DNA of 64,000 nt from Dicyema japonicum (taxonomy: Eukaryota > Animalia > Dicyemida), in contig RDEW01000019.1 in assembly GCA_011109175.1 (NCBI GenBank), positions 779,823-843,822 on the forward strand, given 5' to 3'. This document shows positions 11,015-27,800 of the stretch, piece by piece. Under the pieces are notes generated by a model, which was not told the DNA's origin, ran no database searches, and saw only the letters and a list, made by a program, of their open reading frames with translations. The position numbers and the translations under genes were made by a program. Each line of letters opens with the position of its first letter. Position 1 is the stretch's first letter.

Positions 11015-11835
11015 CAAAAGATATTTATTTTATTATCCCAGAAATCACGAGAAAGAGGATAAAAACGAATTGTCTTATTAAGTGATCCCAGTGTCCATAC
11101 CGTCCTCCTTTTCCTGCAGTTAGTTTTGGAGTCCTGGATTAATCTCCACAGCGGGGAGGGTTTCTTCTCATATCTCGGGCAGGCGTCCATATATAATTTG
11201 ATGTCCGACCCGAGGGGATAGTCAGAGGACTTTGCCATTTTAAGGAAGTCCCGGTGACATTCCGTAAGGTATTCCATGATTGGGGAACGTTTAGTGTTCT
11301 CCGTAGAAACGAAGTGGAAGTCATTTTCGACGATCTCAATAGTATTGAGACATCGATTTTGTAAAACTTCCAGCTTGCTCTGTGCTGATAGTGATAAAGG
11401 GCAATCCATGCAGCACAGGCGTACTCGATACTCGGCAGAACAAATTGTTTGTGAAGAAGCTCTAACGGTGGGCGAGAAGATATTGGAGAGCGAGTAAAAG
11501 CCTTGAGACTTTCAATTTTCTTTTGGATCCTCGCGGTTACTAGGTCCACTTGATGAGTAAATGTGAGGAGGGGATCCAGGATGACTCCAAGGATTGAAAG
11601 CGTCTTTTTAATGGGAAACGGGGAGTCATACAATTTTATTCGTGGTGTTACCCGTATATCTTTTCGTGCTGAGGTGAACGTCATTACATGTGACTTTCCT
11701 GGTGATATATTCAGACGGTTCTCAGGAACCAAAGACCCATCAGGTTTAGTAGATCTTGCACGGACCGTGTCGCCTCCTCGATTCTTCGATGTTTCACTGC
11801 GACCACGAGATCATCCGCATACGATAAAAGAATTG
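11015..11835 (-). mobile_element. LINE 3' fragment from SYADD to the 3' end; second copy at ~27145-27965
   Basis: LLSYADD...NRLNISPGKS...LGVILDPLLTF...IEYACAAW. Its 3' end TTCTCGTGATTTCTGGGATAATAAAATAAATATC resembles the end of the 48712-51649 LINE. Confidence 0.85.
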
Positions 11836-12789
11836 TGTTTTTGGTGGTTCAAAGATATGAAGTGGGAAAGTACAAGATTATCTGAGATTTCGAGTTCCAC
11901 AGTTGGAAAGTACAAGATTATCTTTAATCTTTGAATTCTGCCAAAACTGAGAAATTGAGGTATTCTGAAAGTTAATTTCATAAAATGTATTATTTTTGAG
12001 ATCTATTCATTCCTCTCTTAATTCGGAATCGGAGTTTAAAATTTTGGATTTGAATGAATCGACCATTCACTGAGGAATATTAAAGTTTAGCAAATCCTGA
12101 AAACTAAAAAGAAGTTCAGATTTGGGGGACTTAGAATAAACCCAAATGATAAGAATCTGCTTTAATAATTAGGGACTCAACTTATCACGAAGAAATTTAT
12201 TTCACGCTACACAAACTAACTAATCACTTGATCCTAGCACGATCGATCAGGGACATCATCTTGGCCCGATGCTTCTCCTTGATCCCACACAAGCACGTAT
12301 CCGTCGCGTGACTGGACCTTCGCAGTCACGACGGCGCGTTCCATGATTCATTCATATCATGGCTTCAAGAGGCATTGGTGGCTAAAACTCTCCAGAAATC
12401 CAGCGTTCCGTGATTTTGGAGGCTTTTTTTCGGCTAGCCTCGATCTTCAAGACATTTATCCAAGAGATGAACGGGCCCGAGATATCACATACGTAAGAGA
12501 TGCATGGTTCAATGTATTGTTTGTATATATCTTTGATTTGTCTATGATATTTTATTTTTTGTAAGGTGGTGACGTGCCTCGGTTCTTGATTAAATAACAA
12601 TTTAGTATAATGTCTAGAAACAAAAATATTAGATATTTCCCGTCTGAAGCTCTTTACAGTTAGAGGTATATCAAATGCCTGATCGAGGAAGATACTTTAT
12701 GGTGACCTTGAGATATTATGTTTCTATTTGATATCTATAAATTTTCATGTAGCCTCGAAGAGAACCACAGAAAATGTAGAATAATATGT

Positions 12790-13150
12790 CTACCAAATGA
12801 TTCGAAGCATTATGAACTCGGATTCGCTATTCATTCAAGATTGTCTCCTTGAATGTTCTCATTTGTCGTATGAGTGACAGCATTGGTGTCACCCAAACAC
12901 GTCTAAACGATAAATATCACTCTTAAAGTTACATGACAACAATAATTTTTTATGCACCACACCGCGGAAGGGTGACGAGAGATCATCCAACTGGACAACT
13001 TTAACTCGGAGATATCGAAAACATACAATGAATACGACTCGCCCTTTATGCTAGTTGTCCTAGGAAACTACCTGAAAACACTTAAAAGTAGTTGAAATCC
13101 GCAGATTAGTTAGACTTATTGAGACTGGTAGCTAACAATCGGGGAGCTTG
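12790..13150 (+). mobile_element. Degraded APE endonuclease remnant (RTE-like)
   Basis: LGFAIHSRL, FYAP and LDNFNSE...VVLGNY motifs in broken frames. Confidence 0.4.
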
Positions 13151-13559
13151 AAGGAAATTGACATCTAAAATTGTGTCTTTCGTTCACATAAGGAGCTACA
13201 AGCATTATGGCTCTCGTGAATATTGTATATTGACTTTAGTATTAAGCTAGCGTTTGTTGATTAAGCACTATAACGATTATTTAGTGCTGAGGATTGAAAA
13301 ATTTGTTCAAGTTTATTAGAAATTTAGTTAATTTATAAATTTGAATAAAAAAATAAAATGTTTCATTAAATTTAAACATCAATTAATGAAAATTTTGTCA
13401 TTAAATCATCAGGAAAATGGAATAATTATAGTGCGTGTTGTTGCTTCTTGTTGTTAGTCACTTTTTTTCTTTTCTTAAAAACTAATCAATTCCCGCTTAA
13501 AATGCCATTTTTATTTACTAAAATATTTATACTAAATTATTACAATAATGCTACAATAG

Positions 13560-16759
<3,200 letters not shown>

Positions 16760-16959
16760 TCTGTTAATACATTTATGTGATTTATTAATTTGTTTCCTTT
16801 AATTTGGTCATTTTGTTATCTATTTCTTTTCTGATGAGTAATCAAGTGAGAGTGTCTCAGGCCGACGATCACAGTTTTTCCAATTTATGACTTAGGAAGT
16901 GAATTTTAGATAACTTATGCACACAAAAAAATCCAAAAATAATTTATTTTTAAAAATTA

Positions 16960-17175
16960 ACTAAAATGAGTCTGGCTCGTTTGTTTCTTCTTTGAGTCTG
17001 GCTCTCCGTAGTAAATAGTTTGGACCAGTCATTAATAGTAAAAGGAAAGCAGATTCAATTCTCACATTATTTTTAGTTAATAAAGTTTAATTTTCTTAAA
17101 AAAAAATTTGCGGTCCGCGAACCAATTTTTAATTGTTGATCTGGCCTGCAGACCAAAAAAAGTTGAGAACCACTA
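16960..17175. mobile_element. hAT (Charlie-like) non-autonomous element end
   Basis: GTTGAGAACCACTA at 17162-17175 (reverse complement TAGTGGTTCTCAAC, hAT-type TIR) with a subterminal TGAGTCTGGCTC repeated twice; no partner TIR found. Confidence 0.45.
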
Positions 17176-19942
17176 ATTTGGACCATCACGGGCTGAGTTC
17201 AACCGAGTTGAGATTGTTGTATTGACACGCATTTCATAAGAAGTAATATTTTGAATGGAGTTAGTTTTCAATTTTTAATTTTTTCATTTCAAATCTTCGG
17301 CATAAACTATGTGGGTGCACGATCTCATTATGTCGTTTGGTATATTCTGAATTATGGATTTTATAAAATCTATTTTCTTAGTAATCCACAGTTTTATTTG
17401 TGGCTTTACAGAAGACATTTTAAATTAGGATCTCAAGGCATAGCTTCAGATTTAGGGAGATATTCCCTTTCTTAAACAACGTATCAAAAGTATACTGTCA
17501 GAAGAAAAATCTAGTGCAATAATGTTCCTCGGTCGGAATGGTAAAGGAAACCAGAAAGACTCCATATGCGAAATCAACATTGTGAGCCCCTGAAGTATCT
17601 CGGAACAGCTTTTGAGAAATCTGGGAACACACTGTGCAATTTTAAACTCAAAAGGAAAAAAGCCAACCATGCGTTATTGTTTATGAGGAATTGAGACTCG
17701 AAACAAATATGTTTTTATTTATTTTTTTCAAATTCGATCATTCCATCATTCCTTTATGGACTGGAAGGATGGTATTACACTGCATACAAAGAGCGTTTTA
17801 TCTTACTTTTGAAAAATCGAGGAGAGCAGGATCAAGATTGCCCTACAAAAAAAACTCAACGAGAAGCTAGATGAAGATGAAAATTTGCTAGTATGTCTAT
17901 CAGAGATGCAGCAGAAAAAAGGATGGAAAACTACCTGAAAAGAGATGCCATCATTGACTTATATGTTGCAGCACAGAATGAACGATAAGAAGGATCTGAG
18001 AGCGAGAGAAGAGTCGAAGCGTTTGCAGGACTAGCGGCATGTGGGCAAATAACTCCTTCTTTAATTTTTCCTTGTTAATAAAGTTGTTAAAGTTAAAAAA
18101 GGCGATTTTAATAATTTTAGTTGAGTCTTTTCTTTTTATATTTAAATGAATCTTTTTTTTCTAAGAATGAATTTTGAATTTAGAACCTAACTTTATTTTT
18201 TAATTTTCTTTATTTGATTATGTCCGTTAATTTATTTAGGCATTTACGCTGTCATAGGTGATGACATAGCATGTGAAACATGAAAAAACCGTCGGTAGTG
18301 TCGAGTCACCCTCGGTCGACCAAGAAACGCGGAGCGTCCAAAACAAAGTAATCCTTCATGGTCACGTTTTCAGAGGTCCCTAGGTTGATACAAATATTTC
18401 CAGATTCAGTTACGTAGTGGTATTTATAGGAGACATCAACCTTCTCGAAGAAAATTATAGAGTGCAAAATCGTCACCTGTTGCTACTACGTTCGAGATAA
18501 TCGTTGTATGTTAGTGAGTTTCTCGAAAGCTCTTTTGCCATGAGCATATGACTGCTTAGTCTTTCGTTGGTGCTGTACTCCTTATCCGTTTTATTTTTTC
18601 TATTCACGTTTCCTTTCCCACTACCCCTACTCCATTCGAAGGATCCCCAAAATTGGATGTTTCCTTTCCTTCCCTTTCCGTTTGTTTCGGATGGACTTGT
18701 ATGGGACATTGATGTATGTCTCTGCAACCATGGAAACTGGATTATTTTATTCATTTGGAACTCTGGGGTCAAAGAAAATGAAATAAACTCAACGGTTAAG
18801 TGATTCCAGTCATCTTCCTCAATTAGCAGTCCCATCTTATGTCTATATCCCTTCATCGTACCCATTGTAGTCCGGAAACGCCTTCTCCCATACTTGCACA
18901 ATAGAACTTATGGGTCAACCGACTTTCCTTAGTCTGGGACTAAAATATACTGCTTTCTTCACAAAAGTTGAGGAATCCGATTCCGCATCTACGATGGCAG
19001 CTTCCGTGGGTAGGACAATCCATAATTTTGTATTGCCAACCATGCGAAATTTCGACCAGTAGTTGATTCAGTGGAGCATTGCATCTGACAGCGCAAATTT
19101 CCACGTGGTAAAATATATTCCACATCCGATGTTTCTCGGTACTGTGTCATAGGCTTTGTTTATAATGACAGAAAACGACTGCATTGAAGAGTCGTGAGTA
19201 AAAATAAAAAAAGAAAAATGAGTAAAAATTTTATTATGTTTTAATTTCATAGAAAATGTTTTTCAACGATCATAAGAGGATATTGACGTGGAACATATTT
19301 CAGATGTTTCAGGTAATTATTGTATAAAGTCTGCTAGAAAACTTAGATGCAGATAATTTTGATCTGATTTTTTTCCACCAAACTTAAATTCAGACTATTT
19401 GAACGGATGAACAAAAGAATGACCTTTCATCAGTCAGAAAATGATTTTCAATTGGAAAAGAGGTATTTTTATAAAGAATTTTAGATACGAGTTTTAAAAG
19501 ATTATGGGACAATCCATCAATATAGTTGAGCATATTTGAATCTTCATATGAAGAACCAAGTGAAGTTATTCAAATTTCAGTTATGTCCACTAATTTTTCA
19601 GCTTATTTCTTGTTTGGATTAGATCTCGCGTTTCAGCATCAATTAGGTGTGATGGACGTTGAGGACGACCCATCGAATGTATCTTTTGCGAGCTCGGAGT
19701 ATAATCTCGTTAAGGTATTCGACAGCAGCGTCGATAGATCCGAAGTTCTCTATCCGAAAGGCCTGAAGGTGTTGTTCGATAAAATGTGTGAAGGCCATAT
19801 TGCCTTTGAGAAGTTCACATTGGTTCTCGGAGTGTTCATTAACTTATGTTTTTGTGGAATCCTCATGAAGATCGGGTTATGTTCGGTATGTATTTATGAT
19901 AAAAATTTTAAATTTAAATAATAAAAAATTAAATATATTTTT

Positions 19943-20584
19943 ATGGATTCGAGTGTAAGTGGTTACGTGGCGAACACAATGTCACAAACTAAAGTACAAA
20001 TGTACATTGCTGGATCCTCCATTATTATTTCTTTATTAGTCATGATAATAACAAGAAGTAATAAACTCACAAAATTTGAAACATTCAAATCTATTTGGTT
20101 TGCTTTATCGGCATCCAGTCATCTTATTCTCGAACGGTTTTACATAAAAAATTATTCCACATTAAAAGCAAAGTCAGACTTTTTATCACAACTCTGTAAG
20201 TCAATGATTTAACTATATAGGGAAAGAGTACTCACTCTCTGATTCTAGATTTTTAGAGTAATTTGAATTATGTAATTTAGACATGACAGTACGACTGTGG
20301 CGATGGAAATGTTCACAGTTTATGTGATTGGTCCCTTAGCCTTATTCACTTTCATTACAGTGATCATACGGAGTAACAAAGCGTATATTTTGCAATTAAT
20401 AACTTGCATCTTTTACATTTACGGAGTTTTTATATATTTCTACACTGAATATCTACAAGACTTTAAACATTGTAACCAATTTGGGGATTTCATGTATTTC
20501 TGGGTTTTATTTGTATTTGTCAATTCACTCTGGCTGTTCATTCCTCTTTTAATAATTTTTGAGTCCTTCTATGTTCTAATTTAA
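19943..20584 (+). CDS. EBP: EBP-family sterol isomerase, copy 2
   Basis: Intact duplicate of copy 1; I see two amino-acid changes (P>S, I>L) and two synonymous changes. Confidence 0.85.
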
Positions 20585-21799
20585 AGTTTTACTTTTTAAT
20601 ATTAATGTCTTTGTTTTCTGAGCATAGACTGGTTTTCATGTTGATTACCTGCACGTGAGAAACTGTCTGGATTTGTAGCAAACAGACAAACCTTTTTTCC
20701 CTATATTTTGCTTGGTACTGGTACCATCACTAAGCTACCGTTCCCAGATTTTTTTGATCAAATGTGGTGACATTTAACAATAGTTCGAAATCAACCCAAA
20801 GTTAATGTTGACCCAATTGAGCATCAATGGACTTTCCAAAAAATGTATTTATTCATGCAATTTAATGCGGAATTGCTCTAATCCAAGAGACAAAGCTTAC
20901 AACAAAGTCAAAAACTCCACATTTAGGAACACTTTTGTAGTTCGCTCAGATCTAATGAATATATGCTAGTCATACGAGTTCGTTAGTCTCCTCCATTCAA
21001 TGATTCTTATACCATCTTCGCGGTTAACCATCGTCAGTTTAACCTGGAACTCTTCTGGAATCAAAAGCTCTTTAATAAATGGTCTGATACTTGTTTATCT
21101 TTTGCAGAACATTTTAAATATGAATGCTAAAATCTCAAAAGTTCAACTTTGAGTTGTTACGGTGTATCATCTGGTCAGGGAAACAATTCTACAGACATAT
21201 CGTTTTTAAAAGAAACTGGGGTTTTTTTTACTTAAAGGGACTGGAAGTAAATAGATGAGGGTATTTTTTAGAGAAGAGTACACTCAATATTTAATGCGAG
21301 GACTACGTTATATAGCTTCATTAACGAAGAGATGTTTATTATTTAGAGATCAAGGATATTTGCTATTGGTTGGACACGAAGAATTACATTAGGATAGTTT
21401 GGAAGTCAAATAAGAGTTGAGTTAAGAAATGGCTCAATCCCATAGTTGGAAAAATAAAAAGTCGTCTTCAGATAAATTTTAGTAAACGTTGCTGGGGCAA
21501 TAAGTCCTTGATTTCCCTCAATAAACTGGGCCGTATTTCCGCAGAAGCCATGATGACCACCAAACGCGATGGCTTATTCAGTAGGTCTCCATAGCAATCA
21601 TTATTATTATTGAACCAGAAAACCAGTGTCATATCCAAAATAAACAAAATTCAGGTGACCCAGCTTCCCTCAACAGTCTTCGTATCTTTTCTCGGTATTC
21701 CGACTGCGTTCCTGCGCATCGACAACACATCTCAATCAGATCGGCAGAAATAAAATAATTTTTTTTTTATTTTATAAATTATTTTATTTAACAATAAAA

Positions 21800-23720
21800 T
21801 ATTATTTATTGACAATTGGGAAGAGCGCCTGCTGACATTACGGAGTAAGCGTTTCCGTGGACAACTGCAATTTTAATTTGTTGCCTCAGCCAGACCGCTT
21901 TCCGCACGTCTTTCTTACGGTGGGCCAATTTCCTTTCGATTTCCTTCTGTGATACTTACCGCAGAAACAGACATCTCGATTACCGCTAGTATAAAACGGA
22001 AGCGGTCTCCAATTTCACCATATTTTTAATCTTGATTTTCCCGGCCAGATCGGCTGCCGATCCAGCAGACTTCGCTGAGCTGAGCATCATCGAGTTCGAG
22101 AAAGAATCCACAACAGTGCAGTCCTATACGAGCGATTTTCCTTCAGTGAACGGAAAGATAGTTAACCCATCCGGTCTTTTCCCGTCTCCGCAGTCCGATC
22201 ACGGGCTCGAGCACTGCCGGGAAGCCTGCAGCTTCAAGATCACGCATGACAATGTTGTTCATAACAGCGTGGCTGGGTGCTCTGCCCGCACTCCTTTTGC
22301 ACGAAAGCAGATGCAGCCCTTTGGCATCGACGATCCCTCCACGACGACGAGGGTGTTCGACGCAAACATCGACTCCCAGGTGATGTGCGATCCCAATCCG
22401 AATACAATCATCGTCCAAAAAGGTCCCCAGTGAGGAACACGGGAATGCATCCAACCACACCGCTCCCATGGTTGGCACAAGGCATGCAAGGTGATGCTGG
22501 TTGGCCTCAGACTTTAGCACGTCGAAGATATTCTTAGATTAGATCTCATCCCAGTCTCGTTGCCTCGAATGATCGTTCGGCGTATCTAAACCAGTTTCAC
22601 ACCATTCCCGACGAGCTTCGTCGAAGACTCTTTCCCAAGAAAGTCCGGTTGTAAAACGTAGGATTTCTTGGACCAAAAGGCTTCCACTTGAAAGCGATGA
22701 CACATATGCTGGATAGGCGATCTCCAGCGCCGACCTGAGACCCGTTCCTCCGAGGCGTGTAAAAAGCCTGCATTGACACCAACTCGGCATGTCAAATTGG
22801 ATGTTTAGAAGCAATTCGGCTGATTTTTTCAATGTCCTATCCAATGACACGAGGATGTCACGACGTTGAAGCAGGGAGAAGAACGGAGAGCGTATAGGAG
22901 TTTGGGCAAGCCGATGCTATTCTTCAAAAGGAAAAACGCTGTATGAGCATTGAGTAAAAAGAGTTTCTCAGTAACTCTAGAGAGTTCATCCTCTTTTGTT
23001 AGTAGATGGCTCTGCAGTTCTTTTTCGTAAAGTGGACACCCAAGAAAGTATGTCTGCTCCCTGGGTACGACAGTAATTCCACGTAGTACCGAGTTGAAAG
23101 ACTCCACCATGTTGATAAAATCACTCTCTAAGTATGTGATATTTATTAGCTCCGATTTCTTTATGTTTATATCAAGTTCGAGGTTTCGTACTGCCGGCAC
23201 GGCATGTGATAGAACGTCATTAACTTATCTCCACGGCCCTCCAATCATGACGTCATCAAGATACCAGAGGTTTAGTTCTGTGTTGATAGAGCGGACAATT
23301 TCATCGATGGCCAGTGCGAAGAATAGTGGACTAAGTAGGTCTCCTTGTTGGACTCCAGTCTCCGAACAGATATTCTTGTCCCCGAAAACCAGTGAAGAAT
23401 TGGTTCCGCAAGCGAGGTAGACGAGTGGAATAAGTTCCGGGGCTTGTTTGCTTGTAGTTTCGAAAATTTGATCCCTCCTCAATGAATTGAAGGCATTGCA
23501 GATGTCCAGCTTGACCCCAATGTGTGGGTTTTGTTCGTCTTTTTGTCCAAAAAAACACCTCGCAGCATGCACTGCCGCCTCGCATCTGTTCCTTACACCA
23601 ACCCCCAGTTGGAGGAAGAAAATTCTTCAGATATTCTCGGACAGACAATGCTGCATGCGATTTTTGCTGTCAGTCTTCTTCGACTAACAGCCGGTTTCTT
23701 GTCTTTAAAGACAACAATTA
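21800..23720 (-). mobile_element. CRE-clade retrotransposon, duplicate copy
   Basis: Near-identical to 5670-7595. Confidence 0.85.
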
Positions 23721-24046
23721 ATAATTAATTAACTCAACCATCAATCCAAAGTGGTCCCCGCCGACATTATCGTCTTTGCGTTGCCTCTTACGATTGCAAC
23801 AGAGATCAACTGGAGAAGCCACCGGGTCTCACGTGCGTCGTGGCTTTTTAGTGTAGCTTGGAGTCCAAGTTTCTATAAAAAGCGAAGTGATTTTCAACTT
23901 ATTCCTCCAGTTGTCAGACCACAATGAGATAATTATTTAACGAATAAATGAAACAAATGATTGAAATGCGTCATAGTATAAATTTACTAAAATTTAACCC
24001 CAAAAAGTGCAATGACAATGATTAGTTTTATTAGCAGAATAATGTG

Positions 24047-24809
24047 TTAAACTGTTAGTTTTGTTAAAATTAGTTGACTAGTATTGGTCAATTTGTGCTG
24101 AATTTCTTTTTCTACCAAATAATATAATATTTGACTTGTAGAAGTAAGCAATACAAACTCCTCAACAATCAATCCAACCAAAACCAATGGAATAACGATT
24201 TTTAAAGTATTCGAACCTTCTTTAATTTTATACAAATAATGTTTACTTTTTTGACTTGCTTTTGAGTTTACTTCTTCACCTGGGTTTATTTTAGGAAGAT
24301 CTGTTAAATTAAAAAAAATACCCTTTTCGCAAATATAAGGTTCTGCGCCACGTGATGAGGTGGACCATTTTCCTGTAAATTTCGATATCTTGGCCAAAAA
24401 TCCAAATATTATTTTAATTTTATCCCAATTTGTGTATGTCTAAAGTAAATTATAATTTATAACAGAATTTTTATTGTTTTTTAACAAAATATTTTCATTT
24501 TTACTATTTTTATAAATTCCAATGAGATAATCACTGTTTATTTGACCTAAAATTTTATATTAAATTTACTTTGTAGAAAATCATTTTCTGCTTTGTCATT
24601 TACTTCCGCTGGGTATGCCCCGATTTCATTACATTTCAGAATATAATCATGGCTATTAAGGTGTTCAACTGAGAAGTAATATTCGTGGTTGTTGTATTTT
24701 GCCACCGTATAGTTGTCTTGATAAAAATAGCCAAAATACCTGACTGAATATACTCGAAATTAATAAATATTATTAGAAATGTCATTATGGTTTGAAGTAC
24801 TATTCTCAT
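24047..24809 (-). CDS. C-type lectin membrane protein, copy 2 (altered TM segment)
   Basis: Duplicate of copy 1 with a -1 indel in the TM exon and a +7 change after the last intron; together they restore the original C-terminus. Confidence 0.6.
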
Positions 24810-27800
24810 TTTATTAATTTACGCTGCAGTTATTTTATACTTTAAAATTTCGTACTTTTTTAAATTTACAATGTACTTTTCAATTGACGAATATCGAAGA
24901 AAATTGTGTTTAGAGGAAGGGTTCTTAGAGGGTCTGTTCCTATTCCACTTGTATTTAATTGTGATAAACCAAATATCAATTTGGAGCAGTCAATACAAAA
25001 AGGATTATACACATGACCCCAGTTAGAGCACCAATTAAAAAATTCCCAAAAAACGAGGGCAAATATTTTTCATGTTTTTATTGTGAAAAATGTTTCTCGG
25101 ATAGTCAACAAAAGCAAGAAAAGTAACGACTACTAAATGAGGACTAAATTAAGACCTTGGAAAATCTAAAGTATCTTTGAGTTTGTATAGATTAAAAAAG
25201 ATATTTCAAAGGTTATATCAGTAGAAAATAAAGACGTTATCTTAAGTTCATTCTACTCTTCATTTAAATCAGCAGTCTTTTCTGTTTATGCATTGAACTA
25301 TTACCGATTTATTTTTCAGGGTGGTATGAAAAGGAAAAGCAAATTTGTTGGGCTTTTCGATAGATCGAGTAGATATGCTATCAAATTGACTTAAAGATTG
25401 AAAATCCAAAATATCATCAAAATATGAGTGTGATATAAGAACAATTGACAATTTTTATACAACAAATTATTCATTTTTTACGTGAAGATGTGAAGTAGGT
25501 TATTCAACGGAGAAGAGATATATAGTTAACCCCATCAGCCTCCATTCAAACTCTTAAGACGATTTTTAGTTAAAGGAACTTTCTCGTTTCTCAAAATCAT
25601 ATGTATACTTAAGGTTTCGCTCCCTACTATTCCTCTAATAGTTTTTTCCATCCAGCTTTCCTCCTTGCACGCTTCCGTGATCCACGTCTTCCGCTGTTTT
25701 CATTTCCTCCCCAATTTTGGTGCTATTGACATAGAAGAAGCGTAATTCTCTGCCGTCCACGAAAGCCCTCAATTCTATTTTGGTTGAAGATGTTTTCCAC
25801 AATAAGGTAGCACGTAGAATATGAAAAAAGTCGCCAGCGAGATTTTACCACTTACTCGTTTATAGCCCCCACATTTTCATATTTAGTAAAGAGTCTCGTT
25901 TTTATATTTTTGGCCATAAATACGAGGCTATGGTAACTTCACTACTTGAATAATTGAAGGTGTGGATACCAGCGAAATTCTAGTTGCAGGACTGGGGAAG
26001 GGTGAACCTAGAATGACGCGATGACTATTTCATAATATTCATGATCACGGCGAGTAACTCCCATTACGTGTTCATGCCAGCAGGTCTTCATGGATACCTT
26101 GTCATGACAACTAAATACGATCGAAATACGTCATTAGATTAAAGAATTATTATTATGTAGAAAAATTATGGTAAAAATCAATACTGACAGTAAAATTTAG
26201 AATTTAATAATAAAATTAGTGATTCTAATAGCACTACCTATTTGGAAGAGGACCATTTTCAAGCGTTCAACCTTCACTATTTTTTAACGTGGGTCATCTT
26301 ATGTCAGGACCAGATGTTGCATCATAGTCAGGAACGTTTGAGAATTAAAAATCTAAAAATAATCCTGTTGTTTTTCCTCAAGATGGGCCTGTCCAAATAC
26401 CTCATAATTTTGTGCCAAATTCAGAAATACTGTATCCAATACTTCCGCGTTCAAAAAGATCGTGTATCAAGAGTCTCTGGAATCAATCGCTTTTTATATT
26501 CACAGAGATGAAGACATTTGATTAAATAGAGGTACATCATCCATTATCCAGGCATTTAGCATGTCAAGGTTAATTTGTATTCTTTCTGTGGCCTTCTGGA
26601 TGTCCTGATCCCGCGAAGCTAACACAATATCATCCGCATAGGAAAATAGAACATCATTATCAGATTTAAGAGTCGGAAGATCAGCCAGAAAGAGGTTAAA
26701 TAGAGCAAAGGATAAAGGAGATCCTTGAGGGACTCCGTTGGGGAGGAGCCGTGAGATTGATTTCAGTCCTCCAAGGCAAACACGTCCCCTTCTTCCACTT
26801 AGGAAGTTAGTGATCTAAAGCTTTAGCTTCCCTGGGATCTCCGATTGAAATATTTTTCTCGATAGAATTTTCCTCGAGACTGAGTCAAAAGCTTTATGTA
26901 TGTCGATCTAGCAGCATTGTTTTAAAGTGTCTCGGCTTGGTTGTGAATCCGACTCGAATGAAGTCGCCAATGTTTGCAAGTATGTAGACGTGGATCTCTC
27001 ATTTTTGAATCCATGTTGAAAAGGCCTCTCTGGTAAAAATTCTTTTATTCTCCCGAGCACAAGTTTTTCCAGGATTTTTGATACCTCACAAACTTTCAAT
27101 TTATTTCCCTCACTTTTCAATAAATAATTGAGTGAGATCCTCTTTCAAAAGATATTTATTTTATTATCCCAAAAATCACGAGAAAGAGGATAAAAACGAA
27201 TTGTCTTATTAAGTGATCCCAGTGTCCATACCGTCCTTTTCTTGCAGTTAGTTTTGGATTCCTGGGTTAATCTCCACAGCGGGGAGGGTTTCTTCTCATA
27301 TCTCGGGCAGGCGTCCATATATAATTTGATGTCCGACCCGAGGGGATAGTCAGAGGACTTTGCCATTTTAAGGAAGTCCCGGTGACATTCCGTAAGGTAT
27401 TCCATGATTGGGGAACGTTTAGTGTTCTCCGTAGAAACGAAGTGGAAGTCATTTTCGACGATCTCAATAGTATTGAGACATCGATTTTGTAAAACTTCCA
27501 GCTTGCTCTGTGCTGATAGTGATAAAGGGCAATCCATGCAGCACAGGCGTACTCGATACTCGGCAGAACAAATTGTTTGTGAAGAAGCTCTAACGGTGGG
27601 CGAGAAGATATTGGAGAGCGAGTAAAAGCCTTGAGACTTTCAATTTTCTTTTGGATCCTCGCGGTTACTAGGTCCACTTGATGAGTAAATGTGAGGAGGG
27701 GATCCAGGATGACTCCAAGGATTGAAAGCGTCTTCTTAATGGGAAGCGAGGAGTCATACAATTTTATTCTTGGTGTTGCCCGTATATCTTTTCGTCCTGA

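Larger units (their letters stand above)
1..12531. repeat. Segmental duplication, copy 1 (start lies at or before the window edge)
   Basis: Colinear near-identity with 17639-28659. Position 1 aligns to 17639, and identity ends after GTATATATC (12531 vs 28659). Confidence 0.95.

Noticed and set aside
11861-11923. CRISPR-like repeat-spacer
   Set aside because: Only two units, eukaryotic context, no cas genes. The same applies to 54563-54630.
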